Source: Malacoraja senta (Eukaryota). From it: 64,000 bases of DNA. The stretch covers positions 5,644,001-5,708,000 of the forward strand of contig CM075992.1 of the NCBI GenBank assembly GCA_038087875.1, in the 5' to 3' direction. The position numbers and the translations under genes are program-made. Positions 1 through 14,500 of this stretch are shown in pieces (positions within the stretch are counted from its first letter, which is position 1; each line of letters opens with the position of its first letter). The notes below the pieces were generated by a model. That model saw only the letters and a list, made by a program, of their open reading frames with translations, was not told the DNA's origin and did no database searches.

Positions 1-184
1 ACTTAAGTTTCGCATCGTGGCAATAACTTTAAGAAAAAAGAGCAAACAGAATCACTAAGTATGGTGTTCCCTCCTTCTCCGCACCTACACCTACGTTTCT
101 TGTCATCAGCTTCTCACGCTTCCAGTCTACACAGCAGATCATCACACCAATCAGGTCAGAAAGAGTAATCCAACTAATCCCAAC

Positions 185-470
185 CCAGTGGTGCAGCGGT
201 AGAGTTGCTGCCTTACAGCGCCAGAGACCCGGGTTCGATCCAGACTACAGGTGGTGTCTGGATGGAGTTTGTACCTTCTCCCCGTGACCTGCGTGGGTTT
301 TTCCCAGGAGCTCCGGTTTCCTCCCACACATACAGGTTGTAGGTTAATTGGCTTGGTAAAATAGTCCATTGTCCCTCGTGTGTAGGATAGTTTAGCATGC
401 AGGGATCGCTGGTCGGCACAGACTTGGTGGGCCGTAGGGCCAGTTACCGCGTGGTATCTCTAAACTCAAA
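185..470 (+). mobile_element. tRNA-derived SINE (HE1/V-SINE-like)
   Basis: A box GGTGCAGCGG, B box GGTTCGATCC, CR1-like tail ending (aaact)n; similar copies near 7240-7490(-), 12395-12665, 24945-25245, 25335-25610(-), 38400-38700, 40143-40457, 48340-48640(-), 51150-51425 and 60510-60800. Confidence 0.85.
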
Positions 471-2555
471 ACCAAACATTTAATTCTTGATAGAGATGTA
501 CGAGATTGCAACTGGCTAAACACGACCTTTGTTCCATTACCGATACTGACCTCCCCTCCAATGAAGAGATCTAAAAGCACCATCTCAAAAGGTCAGCTAA
601 CAACATCAAAGACCTACGCACCCTGTCCATGCTCTCATCTCGCTACCACCATGAGGTAAAATGTAAAAGAGCCTGAGAACTGTGACCTCCAGATTCAAGA
701 ACAAAATCACACTGTACAACCCTAACCACAACAGCAACGATCTACTCCTATGTAGACCGATTACCCTACACATTTAAATTTGCACTTGTATGATAGACAA
801 CAGACAATAGGGGCACGAGTAGGCCATTCGGCCCTTCAAGCCAGCACCACCATTCAATGTGATCATGGCTAATCATCCCCAATCAGTACCCCTGATCTAA
901 CGTATTTTGAGTTTGCTTATGAATGACATTATTGGAATAGAAAATATTGTTTCTGTCTAGACACAAAGAGCTGTTGGTTTCCAAAAAAAGGCAAAGTGCT
1001 GGAGTAACTCAATGGGTCAGACGGCATCTCTCGAGAACGTGGATGGGTGAAGTTTCAGGTCAGGATCCTTCTTCAGACTGATTGTGGTAAGGGGGGGGAA
1101 GGGTGCGGGCAGGACAAAGTCTGCCGAGTGATAGGTGGATACAGGTGAGAGGGAGCTTTGGTAAGCAGATGGTTGGACAAAGGCCAGAGATGAAACGACA
1201 AAAGGTGTAAGAAAAGGGCAGAAGAGATGTGTTTATGGTGCCAATGGAAAGTATAAGACAGCTCAGTCCAAGCTCACAGAAAAATATTCTTGCATCTCCC
1301 AACAGTTTAGAAACTTGCAAGGAAAATACTACCCGAAGGAGTTAATGCTGGTGGTGAGAGCTCCGGTGTGTTAATCAGAAATCGATGGAAGAACTATCCC
1401 TGCGTGATAAACACGGTGTGTTTCTGGAAAGAATCCAATCCTCTTATAATAAGCTGCTCTTGATTGCAGTATGGTGTACATTGTAAATTGGGATGACAAT
1501 TGAATTAACGGAATGGTTGAAGAAAAATGTTAAAAGAAGGCAAAGCAATTGGAGAGCTCTGTTGCGAGTTACAGGATCATGCCGGACTAAGAATCCACGT
1601 GTTTGAATTCTATGGCAATCAGGTAAAATATGCCATGTAATAGAATCCAGTATCAAAAGATACTGAAATTTCATTTGTTGAATGCATACCAAGACTGATG
1701 TACAGAATACATTGATCTTCCTTGCCAGATAATTATAGCTCCCTGCATACTGTGTTTCAGATGAGAATTATAATTGGTTATGCATTCTAGGCCTCTCTGG
1801 CTTTTCCTCTTTCGTTGATAGGTGCTACAGCCTCCATTTTTGCCCTGGATACCTTCTCAGTGAAGTACACTTCTCTGGCTATTGACATCTCACTGCCGCA
1901 GAGAGAGCGACCCCACTACTACAGCAGCGTTCCAGATTCATCACGGTGGAAGCGAGGAGGATAACCCGCACTCTCTCTCGTTGTAAAAAGCCTTCATCCA
2001 GGCTTGAAAAATAACACTTTCAATATCATGTACAAGGGCTGACAAAATGTAACATTAAAACGCAGTGTGAATGCCAAGTCTACTCTGGATTCAGATCTTG
2101 ATGACTTTCTATAATGCATTGGTTCTAATAACATGGACCAGACCAAGAAAAATGATCAGCTTTCACACACTAAAATAAATACCCAGGAGAGTCTAATCAC
2201 TAATAATACTGTCATTACGAAGATCCAACCGGGGAAATTTACAAATTACTACACTTCCCAAAGTAAAAACAGATCAAATTTCGAAATGCTTGTGACATAC
2301 TCATTGTTTTAATTGGTTGAATGCTCCACTATGAAAAAATTGGTGTGTTTACTTAACGCTACTGTGATCTTTGTAATGTTCAAAAATTATTGATCCATAA
2401 AGATCAGTATGTGGAAAAAGTTTTAAATCATTTATCAAACCGAAAGGACATAAAGAATAACATCTCCACTTATATAATATGCTAAGTTAAATAGCTACAC
2501 TTTTGCATGCAATATTATTTTGTTTAAATTAGCGTTGAGTTAGTAAAATTCCTAC

Positions 2556-2661
2556 CATGAAATTGTTTCTTGGCATCATTGGCGAGTTGGACAGCAAGGT
2601 TTAAACCAATTCCAGATGAGCATCCCGTAATCAGCACTACCTTTTGCCCGTCCTTTGCCAT
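2556..2661 (-). CDS. RDH8: Retinol dehydrogenase 8-like SDR (RDH8/HSD17B1 subfamily), first coding exon; downstream exons not found in window (gene continues past position 1)
   Basis: Manual translation MAKDGQKVVLITGCSSGIGLNLAVQLANDAKKQFH+G: Rossmann TGxxxGxG motif, closely resembling the RDH8 N-terminus (VLISGCSSGIGLELAVQLAHD). Phase-1 GT donor (gtagg) at 2555-2551. A pyrimidine tract plus cag just upstream of the ATG may indicate a non-coding first exon. Confidence 0.8.
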
Positions 2662-5600
2662 TGATGTTTCACCTGCAGAGCGAGAGGAGGAACTGGAGAG
2701 GATGAAGGCTCAGGCAAAGCCGATCAGTCACACTGCAACAGTAAGCTGCTCATTAAACATGTGGGCATCGTGTAACCAACCACACTTAGACGCGCAAGGT
2801 TTAGGAAGACGCAGACAGGCCCTTTGAGGAATGTAAAGAAAGCTCAAACGAGAACTCAAGCAGGGATCTAGGCGGGCCAGAAGGGTCACAAAATGTCATT
2901 GGCATGTTGAATTAACGAGAACCCCCAGGCTTTTTATTTAAAACAGGATAATTAGGGAGAAGATAGCATGACTCAAGGTTAAAAGAGGGGACTTATGCTC
3001 GGAGTCAGAGTATGTAAGCCAGGTACTAAACAAGTACTTTGATTTGGTATTCATGAAAGAAAAGGACTTTGGGGATAGTGAGATCAGTGTGGGGCTTGAG
3101 CATTCTGAGATTGAGGTGGTGATGTGGGTTTCTCGAAGAGTAACTTAGGTTGTGTCTCAGATTGTGCTTGAAAGAAACAGAAATGTGTTTGGGTGTTGGG
3201 TTGGCCAAGCTTTGCCCCTATTACAAACTACTTCTCCTGCTGCACAAATGAAAAGTCAACAATTAAGTGGCACGGATGCACCATGAAAGCGGGAGTAAAA
3301 TGGGGAATGGTGAAGAAACTGGAATAGAGAATAACGTTTCTTAAAGGATCAATTTGACCATTGGATCATTGATGTATTCCCAAGGGACAAATGTTAGTTA
3401 GGTGACATTGGAACAACTCACCATTCTTCCCATTGGATCCAATGACAATGACCGTTTCCTGCAATAAATTAATTTGTTCTGGCATTGAGTGGAAAGTGTG
3501 GAGATTCAGGCTGTTGAAATGGATCAATGTTGATGATACTTGCCCAGAAAATGCAGGCTGTGTATAAAAAATAGGCTGGAGGGCAAAGGATGATTGAGTT
3601 GTTCAGCATTATGAAGGGGTTTGCAGTGAGGAGTAGTTAGGAGTTGCTTGTTTGTCTAATCTTGGGCATTCATTTGAATTCCATAGATTTCTATGGGAAA
3701 TAATTAATTCTTGAGCCTGCAACATTTCCACCTGTTGGACAAAGACCTAAAAACTTTGCTGCACATTTTGAGTATGGATTCAGTGCATAAGGTGGTACAT
3801 GTTTCAACCTTTGTTCCAATGTTGAACTGAGATCAGTCTTTCTACAAACCAATGGTGTAATACCCTGTATTGCAGAGTTGGCTATCTATAGTGTTTCCTT
3901 TTGATTTGAGTTTATTTGCTTTAAGACGTCCACCCCCATGCTACTATTACTAATCTTTGGATTTTACTGCCCTTGTCCAGCTTTGAATATTCCACTTCTC
4001 CTTCATTAGGGATTACAACAATTCGCAGCTCTCCATTTGCCTCACCTCAGCTTTGATTAGCTGAACCATGATCATAACTATCGACCCAAGACATCAACTG
4101 CTCTGCCAAAGCAAATAGCCTTCTGTACCTCCTGAAAAGAAAGTGCGTTATTTTACACTGGTCATCACTTGGATACAAAGTTCTCCACCTGAGACCAGTA
4201 CTTGCATCTTAACCCAATGTCTTTTGGCATGAGATATAATTGTCTCTGAATAACATGAAGACTTGTGCAAACCAATATAGTTGTCCCCAAAGATAGACAC
4301 AAAATGCTGGAATAACTCAGCGGAACAGGCAGCATCTCTGGATAGAAGGGATGGGTGATGTTTGTCGAGACCATTCTTCAGACTGTGAAGAAGGGTCTCG
4401 ACCAGAACACCACCCATTCCTTCTATCCAGAGACGCTGCCTGTCCTGCTGAGTCGGGCCTCCGTAGAGGCAACTGTGGAGGCCTCAATAGGCCTGACTTT
4501 GGGTGAACTGGGGTTGGGGACTGGACATTGTGCCTTCCCCCAGTGGTAATCATTGTGGGGGGATGATTTTTGTCTGTAAATATTTTATTTTGTTTCCAAG
4601 ATGGCTGCCGGAGGGGAGAGTGGACGCTGGCGCGCTTTAGCAGCCGCTGCTCTCTCTTCCATATTGTGTTTTTTGATTTTTGTTTTTGGATTGAATTCTG
4701 GCTTTAATTTCTGTACTCGTGATGTCTTTACTATTTATTTCATTCCGCTTACATGTTTCTACACTCTGTTAAACTTTGTAAGGTGTCCTTGAGACTTTTG
4801 AAAGGTGCCCATAAATAAAATGTATTATTATTATTATTATCTGCAGTTCCTTCCTACACAAAGCAGTTGTCCCCATTGTGTTGTTTCAGACATTGTGAAT
4901 TTGTTGTGAAGGAATTCTTGGTCTACTTTGGGCTCCGCTGGCCTTCCATCTCCTGTGCCCTCTCCCCAGGGTGCAGGCTATCAGACTGACCTGGATACTG
5001 TTTAGCTCCACATCTGGGGAATGCCAGTTGTTGCACTGTCCCCAATGAATGGACTGTGATTTGGGAGGAGGATTTTGAGTCTCGCATTGATCGAGTCAAT
5101 CAAGTCTTTGATTGTCTTCTTTGTCTTCAGACAATCAGCTTGCAATAGTGAACCTCCACTGTACCATCTCATTCACACTGAATCAATAACCGGCCACGTA
5201 CCTGGAAACTCCACGTTGACTTGAATCCCAGGCGAAGACTGGACAACCCCATCATTCATTAAACTGATAAGAAGCTTGCACTGTTTACCAGCTGCCTCTG
5301 AGAAGTATGCGTGATTCACCATCCCTTCTTCTTGTCTCCACTACTGTAAAAGTGTGAAGAGATTTGGGAAGAACTGTTTGATGGTATGGAGGGGGAAGAG
5401 GGTGGATGGCAGTGAAAGTTACTGCCGTTCACCTTGCATGAGGTTCCCCACTGCTTGGACAGTGGAGGGAATTAATGACTTTGGGTGGTAGATGGAGTAC
5501 CAAAAAAACTGATGCCCTTGTATATTGGAGCATCAACTATCCCGAAGTGGAGTGTGTTCCATAATGGTTTGTTTCAGGATACCGTCTCTAACCTCACATA

Positions 5601-7866
5601 ATCCAAGTTAGTTACTGGTCAACGTGATCGTAGCAGAATTAGCAACAGTAATCAGTGTAATTACAATATCACCATCGAACGTTGAGAGTAGTTAGATTAG
5701 TAATTTTGTTTGAACCTTGTATGTTTAAATGACAATAAACGGCATTCTATTCTATTCTAGATTCTTCTATTGGAGATAGAACAGACATTACTAAGGCTTA
5801 TCAGCCCATGCCTGAATGTTGTCCAAATCTTCCCAAATTCAGGCACGATTTATTTGCTGAGGAGCTGTGTGTTGAAGTGAATAACAATCAGTGACCATGG
5901 AGCAGAATTAGGCCACTCGGCCCATTGAGCCTGCTCTGCCATTCAATTATGGTGATCTATTTTTCCCTCCTCAACCCCATTCTCCTGGCTTCTCCCCATA
6001 ACCTTTGACACCCTTACTAATCAAGAACCTATCAATCTGCGCTTTAAAAATACCCAATGATGGTCTCCACTCTCATTTACTCTCCCCTTGACACAGATCC
6101 TTGCACCAGTTTAAAATAAAGATGAATAATTGTACATTTTAACCTTCTACCTCAATGCTCGCCATGCCTGTTCACCCACTCTCAACAGATCCCCAGCTCC
6201 AGAAGCAGGGAGAACCAATCTCTAACTGACAAAGATTTCTTCCATGTACTAGTAAATGTGTTTTGATATGTCTTACAAACAAATGTGCCCAGGAAGCATT
6301 TTTATTTGACGATGAGCATAAATCATGTCCAGAGAAAGAACATTCACAGGATTTCACAGGGGAACACCTCGATTTTGCACATCATGAAGAAACAGTTGTG
6401 TGACAATTGCAAGTATTTCTGCAAAAAGGCGATAGTTGTGTTCCTAAGAAACCTCATGTTCTAGATTGAAGGTCACTTTAGCAAAACAATTATGTCAGTG
6501 AGGCAAAGGGGGTTAGAGGGCTAGTTTCAGACTCAATCGTGAATTTTCCCCCACGTGACTGGACTCAATGGTGAAAGTAGCAGCTGGGCTCGAGTCAATG
6601 CTGTATGATTACTGCAGGAAGGTTACATGGAAACATTCTTTGCCCCCAATACAGCTTTTTTTCTACTTGCCAATTTCTAAATTAACTTTAAGTGATTATC
6701 TGTTCCCGTTATACTCAATTTGGCTTGCATAATAGTGTTCCCTAATTCATCAATCGCATAATATCCAATCCGCATTGATGGCATACAAGTTACACGCACC
6801 AGTGGTGGGTAATAGAAACTGGGTCCATGAGAACTGACTGCAAAAGTACTCTTTGTATTTAATCTCAGTACCAACTTCAAACTAGGTGCATGTTTAACCA
6901 GCAGATGACTGGCAAATTGTTGCCAATGTCTTGACATCACCCACGTGGCTGAATTAATTCTCACCCAACAGACCATAGTCAACAAAGCAGAAGATTTAGC
7001 ACGGTTAGCATCAATTAGTTTAATGCACAGTTACAAAGATTGTGTGAAAAATTCATAACAGTTTAAATTACACTGAAACTAACACAAGTTCTTGGTCCAT
7101 TGTTCAATAATTCTAGATCACAAAAAGCAAAATGTCGCAGGAACTGGATATGCCAAAACAAATCTATAAATACTTAGCAAGTCAAGCTGAGTCTGTGGAG
7201 GGAGAAGGAGACTTCGGGCCTTTTCCTCCCGCCACATGTTAGACTTTAGAGATACAGCGTGGAAACAGGCCCTTCAGCCCACTGAGTCTGCGCCGACCAG
7301 CGATCACCCTGTACAGTAACACTATCCTACACACTAGGGCTAATTTACAGAAGCCAATTAACCTACAAACTTTCACATCTTTGGAGTGTGGGAGGAAACT
7401 GGAACACTCGGGAGAAGGTACAAACTCCGTACAGACAGCACCCATTGTCAGGATTGAACCGGGGTCTCTGGCGCTGTAAGGCACTGTGCCGCCTTAAAGG
7501 TGGGCCACATGTGTTACCTCACCATCTGAGCATTTCCTAATATTCTCCATTTTTAAATCCAACATTTGCACTCCCCAAAACATTGGCAAAACAAAACCCC
7601 CAATGATCGATGTGATTTAGATACAAATCCTACCTCATTACTGGCAGGCAGTAGTTAATGCAGAATGACAGTCTCTTTGGGCCCAGAGTGGAATGCAAAG
7701 TAGAAAGCTTGAACTACTAAATAATGTGCTGGCAGGGAGAAAGTCAACACTCGTGCATTACTAACCACCAAACAACCCAAATACCAACACTTGATATGTG
7801 GATAATAAAAAGAGAAAAAAGTTTAAAATTCCAGTGCTGAACCATTTACAAAACAAAAAAATCAAG

Positions 7867-7872
7867 TTTATT
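7867..7872 (-). terminator. Candidate PGLS polyadenylation signal AATAAA
   Basis: tttatt on +, about 500 nt downstream of the stop, followed by a T-rich tract on the minus strand. Confidence 0.55.
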
Positions 7873-8367
7873 AAATATTTCCTCACACATAAACGTTATC
7901 AATTTGTTGGTTTAGTAATGTAATGGCCATACCAATGCATTATTCACTCACTGTTATCTCAAGAGTACTTTGGCTGTTTCTCGCCTTTTACAGAGCAGCC
8001 TCTCAGATACCAAGCCTGTAGATAACAAATCAAACCAATCTACGATTCAAAGAAAACACAAAGTGCTGGAGTAACTCAGCGGGCCAGGCAACATCTCTGC
8101 AGAATATGGATAGGCAACGTTTTAGGTCAGGATCCTTCTTCAGATCCATCTCTTCTCCAGAGATGCTGCCTGACCCGCTGAATTACTCAGGCACTTGGTG
8201 TGTGTGTGTGTTTTTTTTAATGTAAACCAGCATCTGCAGTTCCTTGCGTCTATGATTCAAACAGTCACTGTACTTTGGAAAATTGCCTGGGATTAATAAA
8301 ATAAAAATTAGCCCGATAAGTCTTTACATATTCAGTCAAGTCCTTGCATAAGGAGGGAGGGCGGTGT

Positions 8368-8502
8368 TTATTTATGCACCCGCTCCACCTTCATAGTCAG
8401 CTTGCTTGCGGCAGCTTCATCAATAAACCAGTGCACCTCGCCCTTGGCCAGCTTGATCCGAGCAGCAGGTAGTGGGTTTTTCTGGTGGCCTTCCAGAATA
8501 TC
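8368..8502 (-). CDS. PGLS: PGLS exon 5, coding part (DILEG...VERVHK*)
   Basis: PLPAA...WFIDEAAA motif; cag acceptor; TAA stop. Confidence 0.95.
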   Translation of the reverse strand, partial: DILEGHQKNPLPAARIKLAKGEVHWFIDEAAASKLTMKVERVHK

Positions 8503-11500
8503 CTGGGCAAAGGCAAACGACAGATTACTTAGAAATTCAACACTGCTACACATATTGACACAAAGTTCTGGAATAACTCGAGCGGGTCAGGAGAACATGA
8601 ACAGGCAACGTTTCAGGTCAGGACCCTTCTTCAGACATAGTAGTGGGGGGTAGAAAGCTGGAAGAGAGATGGGAGTGGGACACAATCCGGCAAGTGATAT
8701 GCAGAGATAGGTGAAGGGGGGCTGATAGACAAATGGTTGGCAAAAGCCAGAGATGAAAAGACAAAAGGCTCTGAGATAAAGAGAAGAAGCGTGAATTGTC
8801 AAACTAGAGGAAGGGATATAGATGGATGGGGTCGGGGATGGGCAAGGAGAAAGGGGAGGTGGGATTATGGAAGAAATGGGTGTCTATCCACATAGCACAG
8901 GGAAGAGAAGGTGCGAATAAGATTGGAGGGGGGGGGGGTGGATGGATGGATATTGTTTGGTTTGTTACCAAATAGTGGAGAATTCAATGTTCATACCGTT
9001 GGGTTGTAAGCTACCCAAGTGAAATACAAGGTGCTGTTTCTCCAGTCTACTGCAAATATTAACGCAACCAGGCATTTTGTCCCCAATTAACCAATCAAAG
9101 AATGGGGACATCAATTTCAGCATCCAAGAAACTTTGCAGTTGTGTGTAGATTCACCCCTATTTCTATTGTGCCCAGTTCTGGTCGCCGATTTGTAATGGC
9201 AAAGACTAATTAGAGATAGTCAACTTGGCTTTGTGCATGGTAAACTGTGTCGCACTAATTTACATGAGACTCTTGAAGAAGACACTTGGCACGCTTGCCT
9301 TTATCGGTCAGGACAACAGTTGGGATGTCTGTCAGAACAATCAGTCTGAAGAAGGGTCCTGACCAAAACGTCACTTGCCCATGTTCTACAGAGATGCTGC
9401 CTGACCCACTAAGTTAATTCAGAACTTTGTGTCCTTAGTTGGGTTGCCATGTTACAATTATACAAGAAATTGGTGAATCCACACAAGGAATATTATGTGT
9501 TGTTAAAGAAGGAACTGCAGATGCTGGAAAATCAAAGGTACACAAAAATGCTGGAGAAACTCAGCGGGTGCAGCAGCATCTATGGAGCGAAGGAAATAGG
9601 TAACGTTTCGGGCCGAAACCCTTCTTCAGACTGATAGGGGGTGGGGAGAAGAAAGGAAAAAAGGAAAAAGGCGGAGGAGGAGCCCGAGGGCTGGGGGAGG
9701 GGAGGAGACAACCAGATGGCTGATAGGGGAGGGGACAGCAAGGGCTAGCAGAATTGGGAGAATTCAATGTTCAAACCCCCAGGATTATGTGTTGTTTGGG
9801 TTGCCCTGTCATTAAAATGATAAGGATGCTGAAAATAAATTCACAAGGATGTTACCAGGAATGAAGGACTTGAGTTATAAGGAGAAGTTAGAGAGAGGCT
9901 GGGTTTTAACCCCTGGAATGTGGGGGGTTGAAAGGTGATCATAAGGAGGTATACAAAATCACAGTCCTTTCCCAGGGTAGGGGAGTCTAAAACATGCAGG
10001 CACAGAATTTTGGTAAGATAGGAACAAATTAAAAAGGATTTGAGGGGGAACCTCTCCCACACAGAGGGTGGTGGGCATGTGGAATGAGCTGAGTTGTAGA
10101 GGCAGATCCAATTACAAAGCTTAAAAAACATTTGGACAGGTACACGGATGGAAAAGGTTTAAAGGATTATGGTTAAACGCAGGCAGATGGGACTAGATCA
10201 GATAAACATCTTGGCCAGTATGGACGAGTTGGGCCAAATTACCTGTTTCCACATGTAACTATCACATTGCGATTGATAGTCATGCATAAAAACAAGGAGC
10301 GAAACACAGAATTGGCTTGGGTCAAATTACACTTGTAGCTACTCGCGTGCCCCTATCACTCTGCTTTTCCCTACCACTGGATCCCCTTCCCCTCCCTTCC
10401 CTTTTTCATTACCCATCCACTCCCTCTGTTGGTCCCATTCAGCACTACCTCTTATTCAGTTCCATTCTTCACCCTTTCCTGTCAGATTTCAGAATCTCCA
10501 GCCTTTTGTTCTCCACTGATCCCCTCCCAGTCTCTGCTACCGTCTCCACCCCTTCCTTCCTCGACCCGACATATTTGCCAAACAGCTCGTCTTCCCCTGT
10601 ACCTAAATATATCGCCTGGTTATTCTTGTCACCCTGACCCCACCTCTCGATACTGGCTGCTTCCCTTTTTTCAGTCTCAACTTAGGGTCCCAACCCGCAA
10701 TGTCAACTGTCCTTTTCCCTCCACAGATGCTGCCTAATAATTTTGCTGCAGAATAATTGCATTTGCTTTCACAAGACCCGTGAAGAAACACGTGTGGTCT
10801 CAACTACAAATTGGGATTGGTTTTTTAGTAATGGGAATTTAAGGTCTTGGAACTAAGGCTGGCATGGTAGGCTTTAGGTACAAATAGCATTAATCTATAT
10901 TTACAATGGCTGAGTGCCTATATTTCCTGGGACAGCTTCTTACCTTTAATATTGATGCCTTACTCTCGCCTGTCACAACAAAGAGGGCATTGCGGGCAGC
11001 ATTCAGCAAGGGAAGGGTCATCGTTATGCGTTTCGGTGGTGGCTTCGGAGAGTCACTAATTGGAGCAATTATCTTACTTTGTTCCTGTTTCAAAACAGAT
11101 GCAATAACACATTAAATGGAGTTCTTAAAACTTGCTGGCTTTAATCACCAATATTAATTGTGAAACATTTCAATGGACATTGACATCATTCATTGTGCCC
11201 TGAAATGGGGGGGACTATGAATAAACACAGCTGTAATTTCTACATGATGAAACCAAAATGTATAAAATACCCTTTAATAAAAATCTGACAATGTGCACTT
11301 TAACCACATGTGATTTTTTTTAAATTACAAAACTCAAATTGTGGAGCAGAGGCAAATAAATAAACGATGGGTCATTGTCCCAAACATTACGTAGGGCACT
11401 GTATAAGATCAGGCGGGGAATAGATAGGGTAAATGCACAGTCTATTACCCCGAGTAGTGGAATCAAGAGAACATGGGATTAAGGTGAGAGCGGAAAGATT

Positions 11501-14500
11501 TAATAGGAACCGGAGGGGCAACCTTTACACCGAGAAGGTGGTGGGAATGTGAACCCAGCAGCCAGGAGGTAATTGAGGGTGGTGCTATTACAACATTTAA
11601 AAGATATTTGGACAGATACATGGACAGAAAAGGTTTAGAGGGATATGGGCCAAACGGTGAGAAGGTGGGACTATTGTAGATGGGACATCTTGGTCAGTAT
11701 GGGCAAGAAGGGCCTGTTTCCATGCAGTGTGATTCTATGAGAGTAAACTTTTCCATCCAGAGAACACGGAATCTACCTCAGCCATAAAAACTTTAACTTT
11801 AACTAATCGACCAGCTACAATTTCTGAGTTTAATCAAGTAATAGTCTCAGAGCAAATCAATCCATTTGGAAATAACTTCCCTCCAACACAAAGAGTCTGT
11901 GCTACCTGTAGCAGGGGGTGGTCCGGGAAGAGGGAGCATGTGTGCCCATCGGGGCCGATTCCCAGGAGCAGCAAGTCAAAGATTGGTATGTTCTCGCCTG
12001 GAAACAGCTGGAGGAGGGAAAACACAGACGGAGGGTCAAAACAACACACGGATCCGGAAACGAGGAGCCCCTGCTCAAGCTGACAATGTTGGTGGAGATC
12101 AGACAGGGGTGTACACGTATGGCACTGAGAAAGGAAAGATTTAGGAACCGAGAGGGGGCAGCTTTCTCACTCAGAGGATGATAAGTATATGGAATGAGCT
12201 GCCAGAGGAGGCAGTTGAGGCAGGTAAAAAAATTGTATTTAAAAGACATTTGGACAGGTACATTGATGGGAAATGGGACGAGCTTAGATGGGGCATTTGG
12301 TCGGCATGGGCAAGTTGGGTTGAAGGGACTGCTTCTGTGCCATATGACGAGCACCAACAAATTCCAAATTGCCATGCAAACGCCATGTGGGGCAACACAG
12401 TGGTGTAGCTGGCAGGAGATCACAGTGCAAGAGACCCAGGTGCGATCTTGACTTGTGTGGAGTTTGCATGTTCTCCCTGAGATCGCGTGGTTTCCACCGG
12501 TGCTCCAGTTTCCTCCCACATCCGAAAGACGTGCGGGTTAATTGGCCTCTAAATTGCCCTTAGAGGGTAATTTGAAAGTGGGATAAAATAGAACTCGTGT
12601 CAATGGGTGATCGATGGCCGGCGTGGGCTTGGCGGGCCGAAGGGCCTGTTTCCATGTTGCGTCCTTCAATTAATCTGCCCAACATGGGTTTCTTGTCAGA
12701 ATGCAAACAATGTGAATTTTGATTGCATCCAGGACATTGTATATCTGGGTAGTTTGCTTAAAAACATAGAAAAACAGGTGTAGGACTAGTCCATTCGAGC
12801 CAGCACTGCCATTCAATATGATCAGGGCTGACAATCTAAAATCAGTACCTCGTTCTGCTTTTTCCCCCATGTCCCTTGATTCCTTTAGCCCTAAGAGCTA
12901 AATCTAACTCTCTTCTCCTCTCTCTCTTACACCTCATCCTTATAACAATGCAATAGCATGAATTGGTTTGTTATTCCTTAAAAGAAACCAATATGGTTGA
13001 AAATTAAAACATTTATTTTCAAAATTGTATTCTCAGATAAACATTAACATAGGATGTCAATTAATAATAACGTTCCAATCCCTCTGTACTCTTATTTAAC
13101 AGATTTTGGAATCGCTGTGGATAAGGAAGCTATTCGATGAGCCAATCACTCCCTCTCATCCCCAATAATGTAGCACATCGTCTCGATCAAATCCAATTAG
13201 TTCCACGCACTCAATCTTTCCCCATAACTCTACTAAATATTTCCTTTTCATGCTTTTAACCCAATTCTTTACAGCGATTGCTACTGAATTTACTTACTGC
13301 CTTTCAGTCCAAATCATTGCAATTCCCTTCAGAAAAGAAATTCTCACCACCTCCCGTTATTTCTGAAAGTCCTCTGCAATTTATGATGTATTTGCCAGTG
13401 AAAACGTTCCCCTTGATATTGATGACAATTCCAGTCTGGAACTAGTTTGCATCAAAAAACACTGCTCTATACAATCCTTCCCGCAACCTCGCATCACTCC
13501 AATTATCCCCAAGAACCATCAGCACCTTTGGCCTAATATGAAGAGAAAGTAGGCCTCAATTTCTGTCCTAGCCATTGCACCAGATCAATTGAATGCTGCA
13601 AGGTATGGGCACACCATTAAATGCTGATCAGTACTGTACCTCTCTCAATTTCTCCGCATACTTGTCTGCAGCTTCATCCACAGGCAGCGAGGGGTTAATT
13701 GCAACCACTTGATTATTGGGAATGGAGATCTTGGAGAACAGTTGCTTCTGAAACAGATAATGCAGTGGTTTTAGGTTTATTATTGTCACGTGTACAAGGT
13801 ACAGTGAAAAGCGTTACTTGCATGCTATCCAAACAAATCGGAAATACTATTCCTAAATACAATCAAGTCAAACTCAAGTTTAATAGATAGAGCAAAGGGG
13901 GAGATATAGAGTGCACAATGTAGTTTGCTGCCTTACATCGCCAGAGACCTTGGTTCGATCCAGACTAAGGATGCTGTCTGCACGGTGTTTGTACGTTCTT
14001 CCTGTGACCACGTGAATTTTCTCCGGGTACACTAACTCCCAATTTGTTTGACACCAGCCCTAAGAGTCAGCCCCATCTAAAAAAAACATTGACCGCAAAT
14101 GCCCCCAACCTTTAACTCCTTAAACCAAGCAGTGACCTATTCCATGACCAGATCCTAGAAATCCCTGACTTGCTGTGACACATTAGGAGGCAGATAGGGG
14201 TTTGAATGAGGATATGGGCCCAATGTAGGTAAATAGGACTAGCACAGAATGCCAACTTGAGGATGAGGGGGGGGACCTTACACCTTGAAACTTACCAAAT
14301 AGTGAAAGGCCTGGATAGAGTGGATGTTTCCACTAATGGAGAGTCTAGGACCAGAGGCCATAGCCTCAGAATAAAAGGACATACCTTTAGAAAGGAGATG
14401 AGGAGCAATTTCGTTAAACAGAGGGTGGTGAATCTGTGGAATTCATTGCCAGGCGGTGGTGGGGACCATGTTAATGAATACTTTTAAGGCAGAGATTGAG

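Noticed and set aside
185..260. tRNA-like A/B boxes, repeated many times in the window
   Set aside because: These are SINE heads; no complete cloverleaf or anticodon arm, so not called as tRNA genes.
11190..11404. Possible Tc1/mariner end (...agggcactgta)
   Set aside because: Only one convincing terminus is visible; no TSD pair, too weak to call.
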